Shown here piece by piece: positions 13,240 to 25,705 of a stretch of DNA of 64,000 nt; position 1 is the first letter of the stretch, and each line of letters begins with the position of its first letter. A model generated the notes under the pieces. It was not told the DNA's origin and made no database searches. It saw only the letters and a list, made by a program, of their open reading frames with translations. The stretch is taken from NCBI GenBank assembly GCA_951406725.2, contig OX597831.1, forward strand, positions 50,282,001-50,346,000. Reading direction: 5' to 3'. The position numbers and the translations under genes were made by a program. The DNA comes from Octopus vulgaris. Its lineage: Eukaryota.

Positions 13240-14000
13240 ATTATTGATCACCATTCCCCAATATGCAGAGATGTGTTGTCTAAAATCCACCACGTTTTCT
13301 ATGGAATTCAATACCATACAGACGGAAATAGTCAAACGCGTCCGAATATTTCTTCAACTGAATATGTTTCTTGGGAACAAAAATGGCGCAGCAATTGCTT
13401 ACAATGTTAACATAGTTTGGGGTAAAGTTTACGTAACAGTAGTCTTATCAAAGCCAATCAAAAGTGAGTTAGCTTAATTCGTAATAGTAAAACACCTTCA
13501 TTCTTAAAATGCAACGAACAATTTACGTTACATTCACCGTATTATTTATTTACAACGAAGCAATATTAGGAATAAAAGACAATCTTTATATCCAGTTGAA
13601 CATGGTTGTTGGAAGCGGGATACAGTGGTATTCACCTTCACATATGGTCTCATATAGACGCATATAGACATAAATCGTAGCGGATGTGAATGGTCTGGTA
13701 TGAGCACCGGAACTGCCAAATCACATGATTTCAGTGAACTGCACTTCTTCAGTGCCAGACGTCAGTTGACCGCACACCAGACAAATCTCGCTGCGATAAT
13801 ATGGAGAATATCAGTGTCTTTTCAGTCACTGATGGTGCAAATAGCTAGCAGGCTTATTTAGAAATAATTATTAGCGACGGAAGCAGTATTACTACCAAAG
13901 GCAGTCTTTTATATTCAACGAAACGTAAATGACTTGTTATAACGTCGAATACTGCGGTCTTCACCCTGAGACCTCCTCTGATATAGATTCAAGGTGTATA
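13240..14000 (-). pseudogene. Possible very old Gypsy integrase remnant
   Basis: Minus-strand fragments in the expected order: FRR..LF...H, LHIIAARFVW..N...C..C, STGY, YY..ANSLL..F.KT, TLPQTML.L; many stops and frameshifts. Confidence 0.35.
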
Positions 14001-14234
14001 AAGGTACTCACATAAATCTTAGCAGATAATACTACTACTACTACTACTAATAATAATAATAATAACAACAATAATAATGATAATAATAAAATAATAATAA
14101 TAATGCATACTCTTGTTTTTCCACACAAATAAAGTAGCTTCAACACTACTAGCATATAGGCGAGCAACGAGAAATTGAAAAACCAGCACATAATCGAACA
14201 ATGAGTCACAAGTCATTAAAATCTGCCTTACACC

Positions 14235-14935
14235 CACAGGAAGAAGAATCTTCCAAGGAGGCTCGTTGTCTCCCCCATCTTTCTCGTCTGCCTTGATCTG
14301 GCTGCACTAACAGACTTATTATCGGAAGCCATCATTGGTTACAGCTGATATAGAAAAACTATAAATCATCCTCTATGTATGGATAGCTTTAAAATTTTCA
14401 CTAAAAGCACCACTTTTAAAACAGTGTCCATAGTTTCACAAGGGTACCAGAATTAGCATGGGTTTGGACATAAGCGACATTGAGAAAAGGTAAATTATTC
14501 AGCACTGGAAGTTCTGCACTTGACATAAACATAGAAATCAAAGAATTAAACCACAACCGCCCACGCAAATCTAAGAATAGACCAATTAGCTAAAAACAAC
14601 AAACAGAAATGAAAGAGAAAATTAGGAGAAAATATTACAGAAGAGTCAGATTAATATTAAACACTGAACTATATGCTAAAATTAAGATAACAGAGATAAA
14701 CATGGATAGCCATACCAATAAAAATTTACAGCTTCAATGTAATAAGCTTTAGTGAATTGAGAAACTTAGACAAACCAGTAAACTGAAGTCACAACTTCAA
14801 ACTACACAAAGTCAGAATATATCTACCTCTCTCAGAAGGAGGTCGTGTCCTAGAAAATTACTATAAAATAACCACAGTTGAGTTAGAAAAAAACTGACAA
14901 AAAGTGGACGACTACAACATGTAATAAAACAACAC
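14235..14935 (+). mobile_element. R4/Dong-clade non-LTR reverse transcriptase remnant
   Basis: GRRIFQGGSLSP, INHPLCMDSFKIF (cf. INHLLYMDDLKLY), KIRRKYYRRVRLILNTELYAK.KI.EIN..AIP...YSFNVI. Confidence 0.8.
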
Positions 14936-15127
14936 ACACACACACAAAAAGAGAAAGCTGGCAAAAATGAGTAACACTGCGATGGACTGGCGTCCCGTCC
15001 AGCTGGGAAACACATACGCCATAGAAACCAGGAAACCGGGCCCATGAGCCTGACTAGGCTTTAAAAGGGTGCATTTATTTTATTTTCAAACAAGTCCTTT
15101 TCTTGGATTTGAATATTAATTTCACAA

Positions 15128-15345
15128 AAGGTGACGAACTACCAGAATCGTTAGCATGCCAGGCAGAATGATTAATGGCATTTCGTCCGTCTTTACGTTG
15201 CGAGTTCAAATTCCACCGAGGTGTACTTTGCCTTTTATCCTTTCCAGGTCGATAAAATAATTATCAGTAAACACTGAGGTCGATGCAATTGACTTACGGC
15301 CCTCACACGAAATTGCTGGCCTTGTATCAAAATCTGAAACCAATA
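15128..15345 (+). mobile_element. SINE family A, alternative tail
   Basis: Same head and core as 8137; ends AAATTGCTGGCCTTGTATCAAAATCTGAAACCAAT like 63560-63590. Confidence 0.8.
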
Positions 15346-16039
15346 TTACATTTAACTAACTAAATACATACTTTCCATTCTATTTAAACGTGGAACTGTC
15401 TTGGAGTAAGTTGCAATAAAGACTATAGCATTTTCATACTAGTAGTGGTTCGATCGGAACTTTGGATTTTATCTCGTTTTGGAAATTATTCCCTTGCAGG
15501 ATATAAAATATTACCAAGTTTATGAAACGACAGGCGGTTTGTTTTATCGGAGAATATATGTTAGCTTTAGATATAAATTATTCCTGATTTTAAATAACTT
15601 AACTTATTAAATTTTCATTACTCAATGCTGCTGAATATTTACCCCCTTGCAACATATCCACGGAACTAATTTTCTCCATAGTTCCAGACATCTTATTCTG
15701 CTTTTTCTTATTTTCGTATGTATTTCTTTGATTTGTTTCTCTTTATCAACGAATAATTACGCATTTTTTTTCTTGTTTGCTTTTTGCTTCCTTATTAGAT
15801 ATTTTCTTTCTGTTGTTAATATTTATTTTCTTGGTTTTTATCTCAATTATTATGTAACAACATATAACATCACTCCGTAACATTTCGATAACTAACTACA
15901 TCGCCAATGGGCATTAGATTTGGATAAAAATAACAGTAGAGTGACATAACTTAGATACACACACGCACTCATATACATATATGTGTGTCTGTATATGTAT
16001 GCAGGTACGTATATATGCGTGTATGTATATGTCTGTCTG

Positions 16040-16077
<38 letters not shown>

Positions 16078-16497
16078 GAGATAGTTGATGATTGACTTAG
16101 ATATATTTCTCCATTTTCTCATTTTGTATATATATATATTTTTTTTTTTTTTTTGTAATTATGAGTATAATTATAATTAGGATTCAGGAAAAAAATTTGC
16201 TTCACCACATACTGAAATTTAGAAGTAGCAGTTAAAACTAGCTATTTATCTGCCATAAGATTTTCTTATGATAGAGAAATAGCTAGTTTTAATTAGATAT
16301 TTCGCTCAGGACAGTAGCGGAGATTTATAGACGAGCTGACGTTCTCCTAGACGTAACAAAGCCCAGGTGTTTTTTGCTCTCCGTTGGCTTACTGCACCCT
16401 CGGATAAATACATACCTATGTATAAATATATAAGGATATATATATTCACATATACATACGTACACACGAACGCACATGCATGCATAAATAAGTATAA

Positions 16498-16498
<1 letters not shown>

Positions 16499-16592
<94 letters not shown>
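16499..16592. repeat. (GATA)n microsatellite
   Basis: Direct reading. Confidence 0.97.
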
Positions 16593-17984
16593 TGTATATA
16601 CATGTAAGATTTGCACCCTGAACACTTTTTATCTTCCTGCATCATCCATCATTCGAGACAGGGAGAAAGAATACTTGAGAGCATTCGAACTCAGCGATAA
16701 GTTGCTTTGAAGATGACAATTATGAAGGGATTCGGCTCAAACTTATTAAAATATCCTCACTTTATGGTTTGCATATATTTATACTTTTTATAGTGTACCT
16801 TGTTTTAATTATTATACTTTTTGAAATATATCATAATGAATATGTATATTTTCCGATTTGAATCGACAATTTTTAAATACAAACAATTGACCGAAAAATA
16901 ATGAGCTAACTTTAGCCAGAATCAAACCCACAAAAACACGTCTCCTTGCGCATCCCATCAATTTCAGCGATCAATTTCATCCAAATTTAATGAAAAAACT
17001 ACTTAAAATGTCTAATATTACATATAATATATGTAAACAAACCAGAAAGGCATTATAAGTTACGGAGGGAATGCTACAATGGAAGATTATGCTTGTTGAA
17101 ATGTATTTTCTATTTATTTGGCATTTTTATAATCAGTTTATAGCATAAGAGGCTGGCTTTTCAATTCGAAATTTTTGTATCTTTGTTCAACCTCATGTGT
17201 ATCATAAGCTAAGCTTTAAGATTATTACGTTTATCGTATTGCGTGTGCGAAACCTTGAGGCTAATTTTCATTGTAGTTCTTGTAGATTGTGGTTTGTTGT
17301 TGTTCTTGTAGATTGTTGTTTGTTGTTGCTCTTTTTATTGTTGTTTTTGTTATTAAAAGTTTCATTATTCGCCCAATTAATATTGTTCTTTTTTTATTTT
17401 ACGAAGCGTGTCAATCTCATAATTCAAATAGATAAACAATTGTATTTTGTAACCGACACTGCCATCTCGTAAATTTAACGAAGTCGTCGTCGTATTTGCC
17501 TCCGTCATCATCACGGTCATAATCGTCACAATCATCATAATCATCGTTAACATCATCAAATACAAAATGATGGTCAACGTCATCATAAGTAAAGGATATG
17601 AGAAACAAATAAAGTGGAAAACGCATAAAACAAATAATATAAAACTATGAGCGAAAAAAAAAGAGAAATTTAGAAAGTATCTAAATTAATTTTTATATTA
17701 AAGAATAACATTTATTGGTCAGGCGAGTAATTAAATTCCAAAGACGAAAAAAAATATTGACATTCGAGTAGATGAAGGAAATAATTTATCAAAATATTAT
17801 CTTTGTAAATAGAATCTGACATGCGTTTCACTAAAATCTACAATCAGAATAACAGTGAGAAAATACTGAATGGAGCCACGTCGGTGGAATGAATATTTAA
17901 TTGTGGGTGAGGTTCGAATGAATATTTTTTTTAAAAATTAGACTCAAAGTTAATAATGGTTCCGAATTTTGAAATGAGGACTGC

Positions 17985-18480
17985 AAGTTTGGAGTGTTTT
18001 TGATGAGATAGTCGATCACACCCATTCCAGTGGATGTGTTGTACTTTATTTCAACTACCACGTAAGGAGGAATTGCAAAGCTCACCACGACAGGACTTGA
18101 ACTCGAAATGTAAAGAAACGGAAGAAGTGCCGCTAAAAATTTTGTCCAACATGTAAAGGATTCTGTTAGCTTGCTGCCTTCTTAAAGATACTAATCCTTT
18201 CTACTATAAGTGCAAGGCCAAACATTTTGGAGGAGGAGGGCTAGTCAATTACATCGACCCCAATGCTCAACTGGTAGTTATTACATCAACCCTCAAAGGA
18301 TGAAAGCCTATGCGAAACTCGAGGACCTTTGAACCAAAAACGTAATGATCCAGAACAAAAGCCGTTAAACATTTTCTCCGACGTTCTAACGATTCCTCCA
18401 GCTCGAGCCCAGTGTTTAACTGGTACTTTGATATATTGACTCGAAGGAAGAAAAGCGAAGGTAATCTCGGCGCAATTAAA
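17985..18480 (-). mobile_element. Cluster of degraded family-A SINE copies
   Basis: Recurrent ACATCGACCCC...CTGGTA...GGATGAAAG...TTGAAC motifs. Confidence 0.6.
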
Positions 18481-18551
18481 ACACAAAATGCAAAGAATTG
18501 CAAAGCACTTTCTCTACGCTATAAAGTTAGTTTCTGCAACCTCATTTCTTT

Positions 18552-18608
<57 letters not shown>

Positions 18609-18623
18609 GTGGTGGTGGTGGTG

Positions 18624-18679
<56 letters not shown>
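18552..18679. repeat. (TAG)n(TGG)n(TAG)n compound microsatellite
   Basis: Direct reading. Confidence 0.97.
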
Positions 18680-18839
18680 CCTCTTTAATATAGGCACAAG
18701 GCCTGAAATTTGGTAGAGAGGGGTTGGTCTATAAGAGATACTTATTGTATCCGCCCCGAAAGTTCGAGTTGGCAGAATATGTAATCGGAGAGTAAAGAAA
18801 AACGAAACGACGCTAAGCAGTGTTTTCTAGCTTGCATCA

Positions 18840-19060
18840 AAATGTTATCGTGTACATTGTTTTGTCTTTGTACAAAAGATGGGCTGCAGCAAACATTCTG
18901 CTCAATACCACAGATTTAGGTGTTGCTTAACCTTAACCAACAGAACATGTCTCTTACTTGCTGACGATATGTGCATCTCTGATCACAAGCAGGTGTAGTG
19001 AGATAACATCATACCACGTGTTGAGAGGGATTCCTTAGAGTTTCACTAATTAGCCCCTGT
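18840..19060 (+). mobile_element. Fragment of the interspersed repeat also at 39093-39645
   Basis: TGTACATTGTTTTGTCTT...AAAAGATGGGCT.CAGCAAA.ATTCTGCTCAATACCACA...TGTGCATCTCTGATCAC shared. Confidence 0.75.
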
Positions 19061-19500
19061 AAGGATATCGTCAAAATAGCGCGCCACTTTAACCTCTATA
19101 GAACGCTCTGGTGGGAAAATCATCAGCGATCGCGACCCTGTATTGGCTGATCAAAAACGTCAAAGTCCAACACAAGAGCGATTCGACATCCGAGGAAAAT
19201 AGGAAAACGCAAATACCACCACCACCACCACCACCACCAACATATTTTTCATTGTCCCTTTATTATTCAGCCCACGCACGTGTTTGAATGTGTCAAACTA
19301 CCGGTGCAAATAACTGAGGAAAATATAATCACAAAATGAAACAATGCCTTTTGTTGCCTGAACAAATCAATATATAATAAATTTTAATATTTCTGGTTTT
19401 GAATTCTTCGGTGTTGTTAAACACACACAGACACACATACATACACTTAGAATACACATATGCACGCGCACACGCACACTCACATATACGCACATATATG

Positions 19501-19537
<37 letters not shown>

Positions 19538-20284
19538 ATATGTGTATATATATATATATACATATATATGTGTATATATATACATATACATATGTATACA
19601 TCCATGTACATGTATATATATATACATGTAAATCTACACATATATATATATGTATATACATATATATACATATACATACATATGCATCCATGTACATATC
19701 TATCTGTCTATTTATCTATCTATCTATATATATATCAATCTATCAATATATATATATATATATAAATATACGTACATATTTATATATATACACCCACACA
19801 GACAGTGAATACAAACATAAACATGTGTGCATACATGTTTATACATATTATATAATATATATGCATGTGTGTATGTGCGTGTGCGTGCGCTTTTGCATGT
19901 GTATGAAGACATCATTTGTATTGGTGATGGATGGTTGCACTGAAACAATAGAAACACTCTTCAGAATATATCTCGGATTTAAAATTTTAATGAACAAAAT
20001 ATGAAGAAAATCGGGTTTTGTGATATAAAAAGCTGTTCTTGCATACATTTATTGCTCCGATATCCTATCTTCTCTTTCCATTTAACCAAGTATTTTTAAC
20101 CACTACGCGTGCACACACACACACATACACACACGCGCGGGTATATATTTACACAAACATGCTCATACATACATAACACATGGATACATGTATATATATA
20201 TTTATATACACACACATATGCATATACATTTATATGCATATATATATGTGTAAATATTTATACATGCATGTATGTATATCTATC

Positions 20285-20359
<75 letters not shown>

Positions 20360-21345
20360 AATCTTGCAAACTGATCCAAAAACGAAATGTATATATATCT
20401 GCGGTGTGTGTGTGTCTGTCTGTGTCTGTGTATGTATATACTTGATAGTAGTTAGAACATTTTTGTTCTCCATTTGTTATTGTCATTAAATTTGAACACA
20501 CAAAAGTAGAATTGAACTTCCTAAATAGATATATAGTTATACACACAACAATATAGACACCCATGAACATATATATATTCGAATGGATGTTTTATGTTTT
20601 TACGATGCCGTAAATCGATAAACATTTCAACACTTTGCTTTTTACCTCTATCGAATTAGTTTTCGGTATTATTTTATAGCTTGTTCTACTGGAACGGATA
20701 TGCATCAGGTTAAGATTTAATTGTAAGGATAAGGAATAGCAAAGCAAAGATTTTTATCGACATATCCTAACAACGCACAAAACAAATACGTAAATATGTA
20801 TATCAGATACAGTGTATAATCTACGCAGATGCAAAATGTCGATTATACATTTACTATTCAGATAAGCTTGCGAATTTTTTCTCGCTAAAACATATACAAT
20901 AAAGGGATTAATGAGCAGAATCGAATATTCGTCTATAATGGATATACACATCATTTATTAGAAACAATATACAGAATAAACGTACTCTTGGTATAAATAA
21001 ACATAATTTTACCCCGTAATCATGTTGTTCCGGGGTCGAATCTCTTACTCGTGTGTCTATGTCTTCGATCTCGTAGCTTTTCATTGACCAATATTTCGTG
21101 AATGAAAGTGCACAGATGCGTTTCAGAATACATGATTCTAGTGATAATATCCCCTTCTGATACGGAGTTATTTTAGATGCAATAGCATAATTGAGGTATC
21201 CTGTGGAGGCAGAGATAGTTCGAATAAGCCAATAATTCAAACAGTATGGCATTGAATAGAACTGTTCTTGTCTTCGCTCTTCAAAGCCATGCCACTGGCT
21301 CCCCCAAGATATTTATCTTGGCTCTCTTTAATTCTTTCTTTCCCT

Positions 21346-21399
<54 letters not shown>

Positions 21400-21400
<1 letters not shown>

Positions 21401-21654
21401 ATAGTAATGGTAATATAACAAAAGAATGAATGAGACCTCGATATTATGTAAATAGAGGAATTTATTTGTAATATAATATGTGACAATTATTCGGCTGCCA
21501 TCATAAAACTCCGAGTTTCGGATGTCGGGGCGGAAAGCTGCACCGGCATCTCTTCGGTTATCGAGGCAATTGAACCGATAACTGAAAAGATGCCGGTGCA
21601 GGTTTCCGACCCGACATCAGAAACTCGATTTTTATTATGGCAACCGAATATTTG

Positions 21655-21658
<4 letters not shown>
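21400..21658 (-). mobile_element. Short PLE-type fold-back with a decayed hammerhead in each arm
   Basis: Palindrome 21480-21658 centred on CAATTG, one-sided tail 21400-21479; cores CCGAAGA (21503-21561, -) and CTGAAAA (21578-21635, +); same family as 32219-32460. Confidence 0.75.
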
Positions 21659-21735
<77 letters not shown>

Positions 21736-21796
21736 AACATTATTGGTGAATTGAAGAAATGGAGCTGAACGCAGATTGAACAGAAATCGTTTTATT

Positions 21797-21882
21797 TCAT
21801 TCTACACGTGTTTCGAAAGGCACAAATTACCAAAATCCGATGGAATAATGGGACCATATTGTGTCTTTCTCTTCAGGAAGAA
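21797..21882 (-). ncRNA. Type-I hammerhead ribozyme (inverted pLTR copy)
   Basis: Reverse complement of 23527-23613; stem II GAAAGACACAA/TTGTGCCTTTC. Confidence 0.8.
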
Positions 21883-22018
21883 AATAGGAAATCCGTTGGA
21901 AAAACAAAAACAGAACAGAGGCGGAGCAAAAACAAATCGAACTATGCTCCTAAGAGCCCATGGCGAAACTGTTTATCAGTGTATGCTGAGAACCGGTGGC
22001 TGAAGAATTCAAGATTCC

Positions 22019-22929
22019 AAATATTACTCCACGGTTAACTCGCATAAAGTTAGGATAGCTTTCTCCAACACTAAAAACCTCGCCCAGATAATCGCCTCCC
22101 ATAATAATAGGCTACTTACTAAGACCCTATCACCTTTTTCCGGAGGCACAGCCCCTTCCGCTCCCGGTTTAATGCTCAGTAGGAATAATTATAGTAGTAA
22201 TAATGATATGAGAGCCAGTACAGTGACACATAATCTTAGCTCCAGCCAGGAGTACCCACTAGGGGTATAGTTATAAATAGGGGTGTTGTGGTTGACGGTA
22301 ACAATGGGAGTAGGGTAGAGAGCCCCAATAGCATCCCCAGCATCATTTCCCGCAATAGCAGCACCACGGGCAGTAGCAATGACAGCACTTTGATAGATAG
22401 TGGAGAATCAGGGGTTATTCCTATAGTTAATAGTGACGTAGTGGAAAATAGAGTAGTAAGCGGCTGCAGGTCTCGGAACGAATATAGTGACAGGAACGCA
22501 ATTCTAATTTCAGAAACTAATCCTAGCAGAATTAGATTCACGTCGGCGAACTCCAAGATCAAAAACGCCGTCTACCAATGCAAGGTTTACACGGACTCAG
22601 ATGTCTTCACTTATGTAGGGGCCTCATCCTCAAGATTGTCTTTGCGTGTCTCCAACCATTACGCAACTTTTCGGGACATGAACAAGCGCCAGACCACGGG
22701 ACTCAGTAAGCTAATATGGCGACTGAAGGATACGAACTTAAGCTACAGGCTGGAATGGTCAATTTTGTCGGTGGCCCTCCCATTTGATAGGGGCAGAAGG
22801 CAGTGCAACCTTTGTGTCTCCGAACTCTTCCATATTTTGTTTGCCAGAGGCCGGATGGTAAACGGGCTTTTACAGTCGGCTTTTCGATGCCCCCATTGGC
22901 GGCGTTACACTTATCTGGCTTTTAAATAG
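22019..22929 (+). pseudogene. PLE ORF 3' end: post-RT region, low-complexity linker and GIY-YIG endonuclease (frameshift near 22250)
   Basis: KYYSTVNSHKVRIAFSNTKNLAQIIASHNNRLL, then (frame change) NAVYQCKV...TYVGASS...RVSNH..TF...TGLSKLIWRLKD...YRLEWSIL...CNLCVSE...RCPH. Confidence 0.88.
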
Positions 22930-23526
22930 CGTTTATAAATAATACCGGCACCCATAGCCCTTGGTAACAAATTCTGAAATAGCCTTTAAGATATCTACGA
23001 TTAACCACTGCAAGGGGAATTACTCCTGTAAGACAAACGGGGCTTGGTTTTTTCACAGCGGGGGTTTCCTTGACAAGGCAGGCTTAGATGAACACACACA
23101 CACATAAAACATGATATATATTTTTTTTATTTTTTTTTTCTGTCACCCAACGGTTATCACGGCAGTAGCCACTGACAGCCGAACGATCAAACGCACACAC
23201 GTACACAAAAAATGTTTTCTACCCCTACGCCAACACACACATATATAGAACAGTATACACACACACACGTCTCTAAGTAGATTTTTTCTCGCCCCTTATA
23301 AAACATCCAATATTCCTTAAATAGTCAGAACTTTATTCTCGGTCACAAAGAACATCTACGCACCCCCACCCACATGATTGACCGATGCCTGACCCGTTGA
23401 ATTCTTCAGCCACCGGTTCTCAGCATACACTGATAAACAGTTTCGCCATGGGCTCTTAGGAGCATAGTTCGATTTGTTTTTGCTCCGCCTCTGTTCTGTT
23501 TTTGTTTTTCCAACGGATTTCCTATT

Positions 23527-23613
23527 TTCTTCCTGAAGAGATAGACACAATATGGTCCCATTATTCCATCGGATTTTGGTAATTTGTGCCTTTCGAAACA
23601 CGTGTAGAATGAA
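23527..23613 (+). ncRNA. Type-I hammerhead ribozyme with extended stem II
   Basis: TTC-CTGAAGA-GATAGACACAA(33 nt)TTGTGCCTTTC-GAAA-CACGTG-TA^-GAA; palindromic ACACGTGT stem III; AATAAA at 23613-23618. Confidence 0.82.
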
Positions 23614-23823
23614 ATAAAACGATTTCTGTTCAATCTGCGTTCAGCTCCATTTCTTCAATTCACCAATAATGTTCTAATTTCAATTATCCGCACTAACGCA
23701 CGGTTGCAACACCATATGGTTGTACCTCCAACCGTGCTGTTTTACTGCTGTGATTTTTGCTACTAAGGTATCGGTTAAACTTTTGATTAATCTACTACAA
23801 GATTATTCATCTTTCTATTTCAC

Positions 23824-23861
<38 letters not shown>

Positions 23862-24082
23862 TGCTAGTTAATTCTGGGATATGCAGATTTAAATAGATCT
23901 TTTAGTGAAATCGGACAATTTTATTCAAAACTCACTTTTATTTATGAGTATCAAAAGTGTATTAATCTTTAATTTTATTTATATTTTTATAATTTAGTTT
24001 ATAATTTTATTTTTTGCTGTTGATTCCTGCTCATCTGTCTACGACAACTTTTTCTTCTCCAATTTGACTGCAAATCATTTTC

Positions 24083-24158
24083 TTTACCCCTATCCCCACG
24101 ATAGAGCAATAGTTTAACTGTTTACCCCTATCCCCAGGATGGAGCAATAGTTTAGCTG
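24083..24158. repeat. 38-bp tandem duplication
   Basis: TTTACCCCTATCCCCA.GAT.GAGCAATAGTTTA.CTG x2. Confidence 0.85.
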
Positions 24159-24159
24159 A

Positions 24160-24336
24160 ACTTAAAAACTCATTCAGTTAACAGAACAGGAGATAACACC
24201 TAAAATGCTTCAAAATGTACTTCGCAATACTATGGATAGATTTGAAATTTGTTGGTATACAGGCAGTGCAAGTATGGAAAATGTTCAATATAGTTTTAAC
24301 GTAAGATTTATAAATCTATTTGTTTTGGTATCCTAA

Positions 24337-24340
<4 letters not shown>
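24160..24340 (+). mobile_element. Tc1/mariner transposase C-terminal remnant
   Basis: QEITPKMLQNVLRNTMDRFEICWYTGSASMENV* resembles the end of the 2524-3055 transposase. Confidence 0.4.
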
Positions 24341-24371
<31 letters not shown>

Positions 24372-24854
24372 CGAGAGAGCGGAAGAGAGCGGGGGAGAGA
24401 GTTGAGGGAAGGAGATGGAACATTAAATTATTTTTGTGGTTAAATATTCTACAACTACATAAATGCGCATACATTTAACGCGCTTCTTATGACAATTTAA
24501 CTTTTATACAGTATGTGAGAAGACTGAATTATAGATATATATTTCTTTACTACCCACAAGGGGCTACTGAATAAGAGGTATATATTTCTTTACTACCCAC
24601 AAGGGGCTACTGAATAAGAGATATAATACATCTGACAGGCTTACGGACAGTTTCATTCAACTAAATTTCACTCACTAGGCTTAAGTAAACCGAAGCAATA
24701 GCAACAGGCACGCGAGAATAGGCTGAGCGGTGACATCGAACTCGAGCCGCTATGATTGCTAAGTTAATGACTTAACATTTTAGCAATGCTTGAGACCATT
24801 TCTAAACTATATATCCATTACCAAAGAGTGAAGGAACAATTAAGTAGTCACGGT

Positions 24855-25231
24855 GGTTGGCACTCCGTCAGTTGCGACGACAAGGGTTCCAGTTAATCCG
24901 ATCAACGGAACAGCCTGCTCGTGAAATTAACGTGCAAGTGGCTGAGCACTCCACAGACACTTAACGTAGTTCTCGGGGAGATTCAGCGTGACATAGACTG
25001 TGACAAGCCCGGCCCCTTTGAAATACAGGTACAACAGAAACAGAAAGACAGAGTGAGAGAAAGTTGTGGTGAAAGTGTACAGCAGGGTTCGCCGCCATCC
25101 CCTGCGGGAGCCTTGTGGAACTTTGGGTGTTTTCGCTCAATAAACACTCACAACGCCCGGTCTGGGAATCTAAACCGCGATCCTTCGACCGTGAGTCCAC
25201 TGCCCTAACTACTGGGCCATTTCGCCTCTAC
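24855..25231 (-). mobile_element. SINE family B, tail type 2 (full length)
   Basis: Head as 5573; tail shared with 3305-3430 and 48100-48270. Confidence 0.88.
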
Positions 25232-25705
25232 CGAGTAGTCATATGACAACATGAAATACCATCATATATAAATAACACTGGAGGATATAATATCAGATAC
25301 AGGGATTGATGGGATGGTCACGGTTACTTAACGTTGTATCCATGTATTAATCTATTAGTATTAAGTTGATATTAAACATCAACAGCACAAAAGTACCAGC
25401 TACAAAATATCACACAGATATCGAGGAACCGCATGTGCGGCCGCCCGCCCGGCCTGATAAAAATATAGCAAAATTTCCCTTAACACACGCTACTGTTTTC
25501 AAAATGGAAATTGCACAATGATAGTTACGGTGCAGTGTAGTAACTGCGTGAGTAAAATATTGACATCACCGTTGTAGAATGCGTTTCATTATACGTCATA
25601 TCAATCAATGTTGACCTGCGGATGAACAATAAAAACAAAGCCAAAATCGTCAAAGTTAGAAAAATGCATCCGATATAACAAATGCCAAGCAGAATTAATA
25701 ATATA

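Larger units (their letters stand above)
21734..23828 (+). mobile_element. 5'-truncated Penelope-like retroelement with inverted pseudo-LTR, in (TA)n
   Basis: 279-bp inverted repeat 21734-22012 / 23397-23675 (one difference seen), GIY-YIG ORF end, hammerhead plus AATAAA in the repeat, 3' tail 23676-23828, (TA)n on both sides. Confidence 0.92.

Noticed and set aside
13094-13477. 127-aa ORF or possible exon (TTTCAG at ~13233 to GGTAAAGT) with a CC motif
   Set aside because: No partner exons found, and the opposite strand is better explained as decayed Gypsy integrase; both readings are weak.
21776-22038. Duplicate short ORFs in the inverted repeats (also 23356-23633)
   Set aside because: Antisense readings of the non-coding pseudo-LTR.
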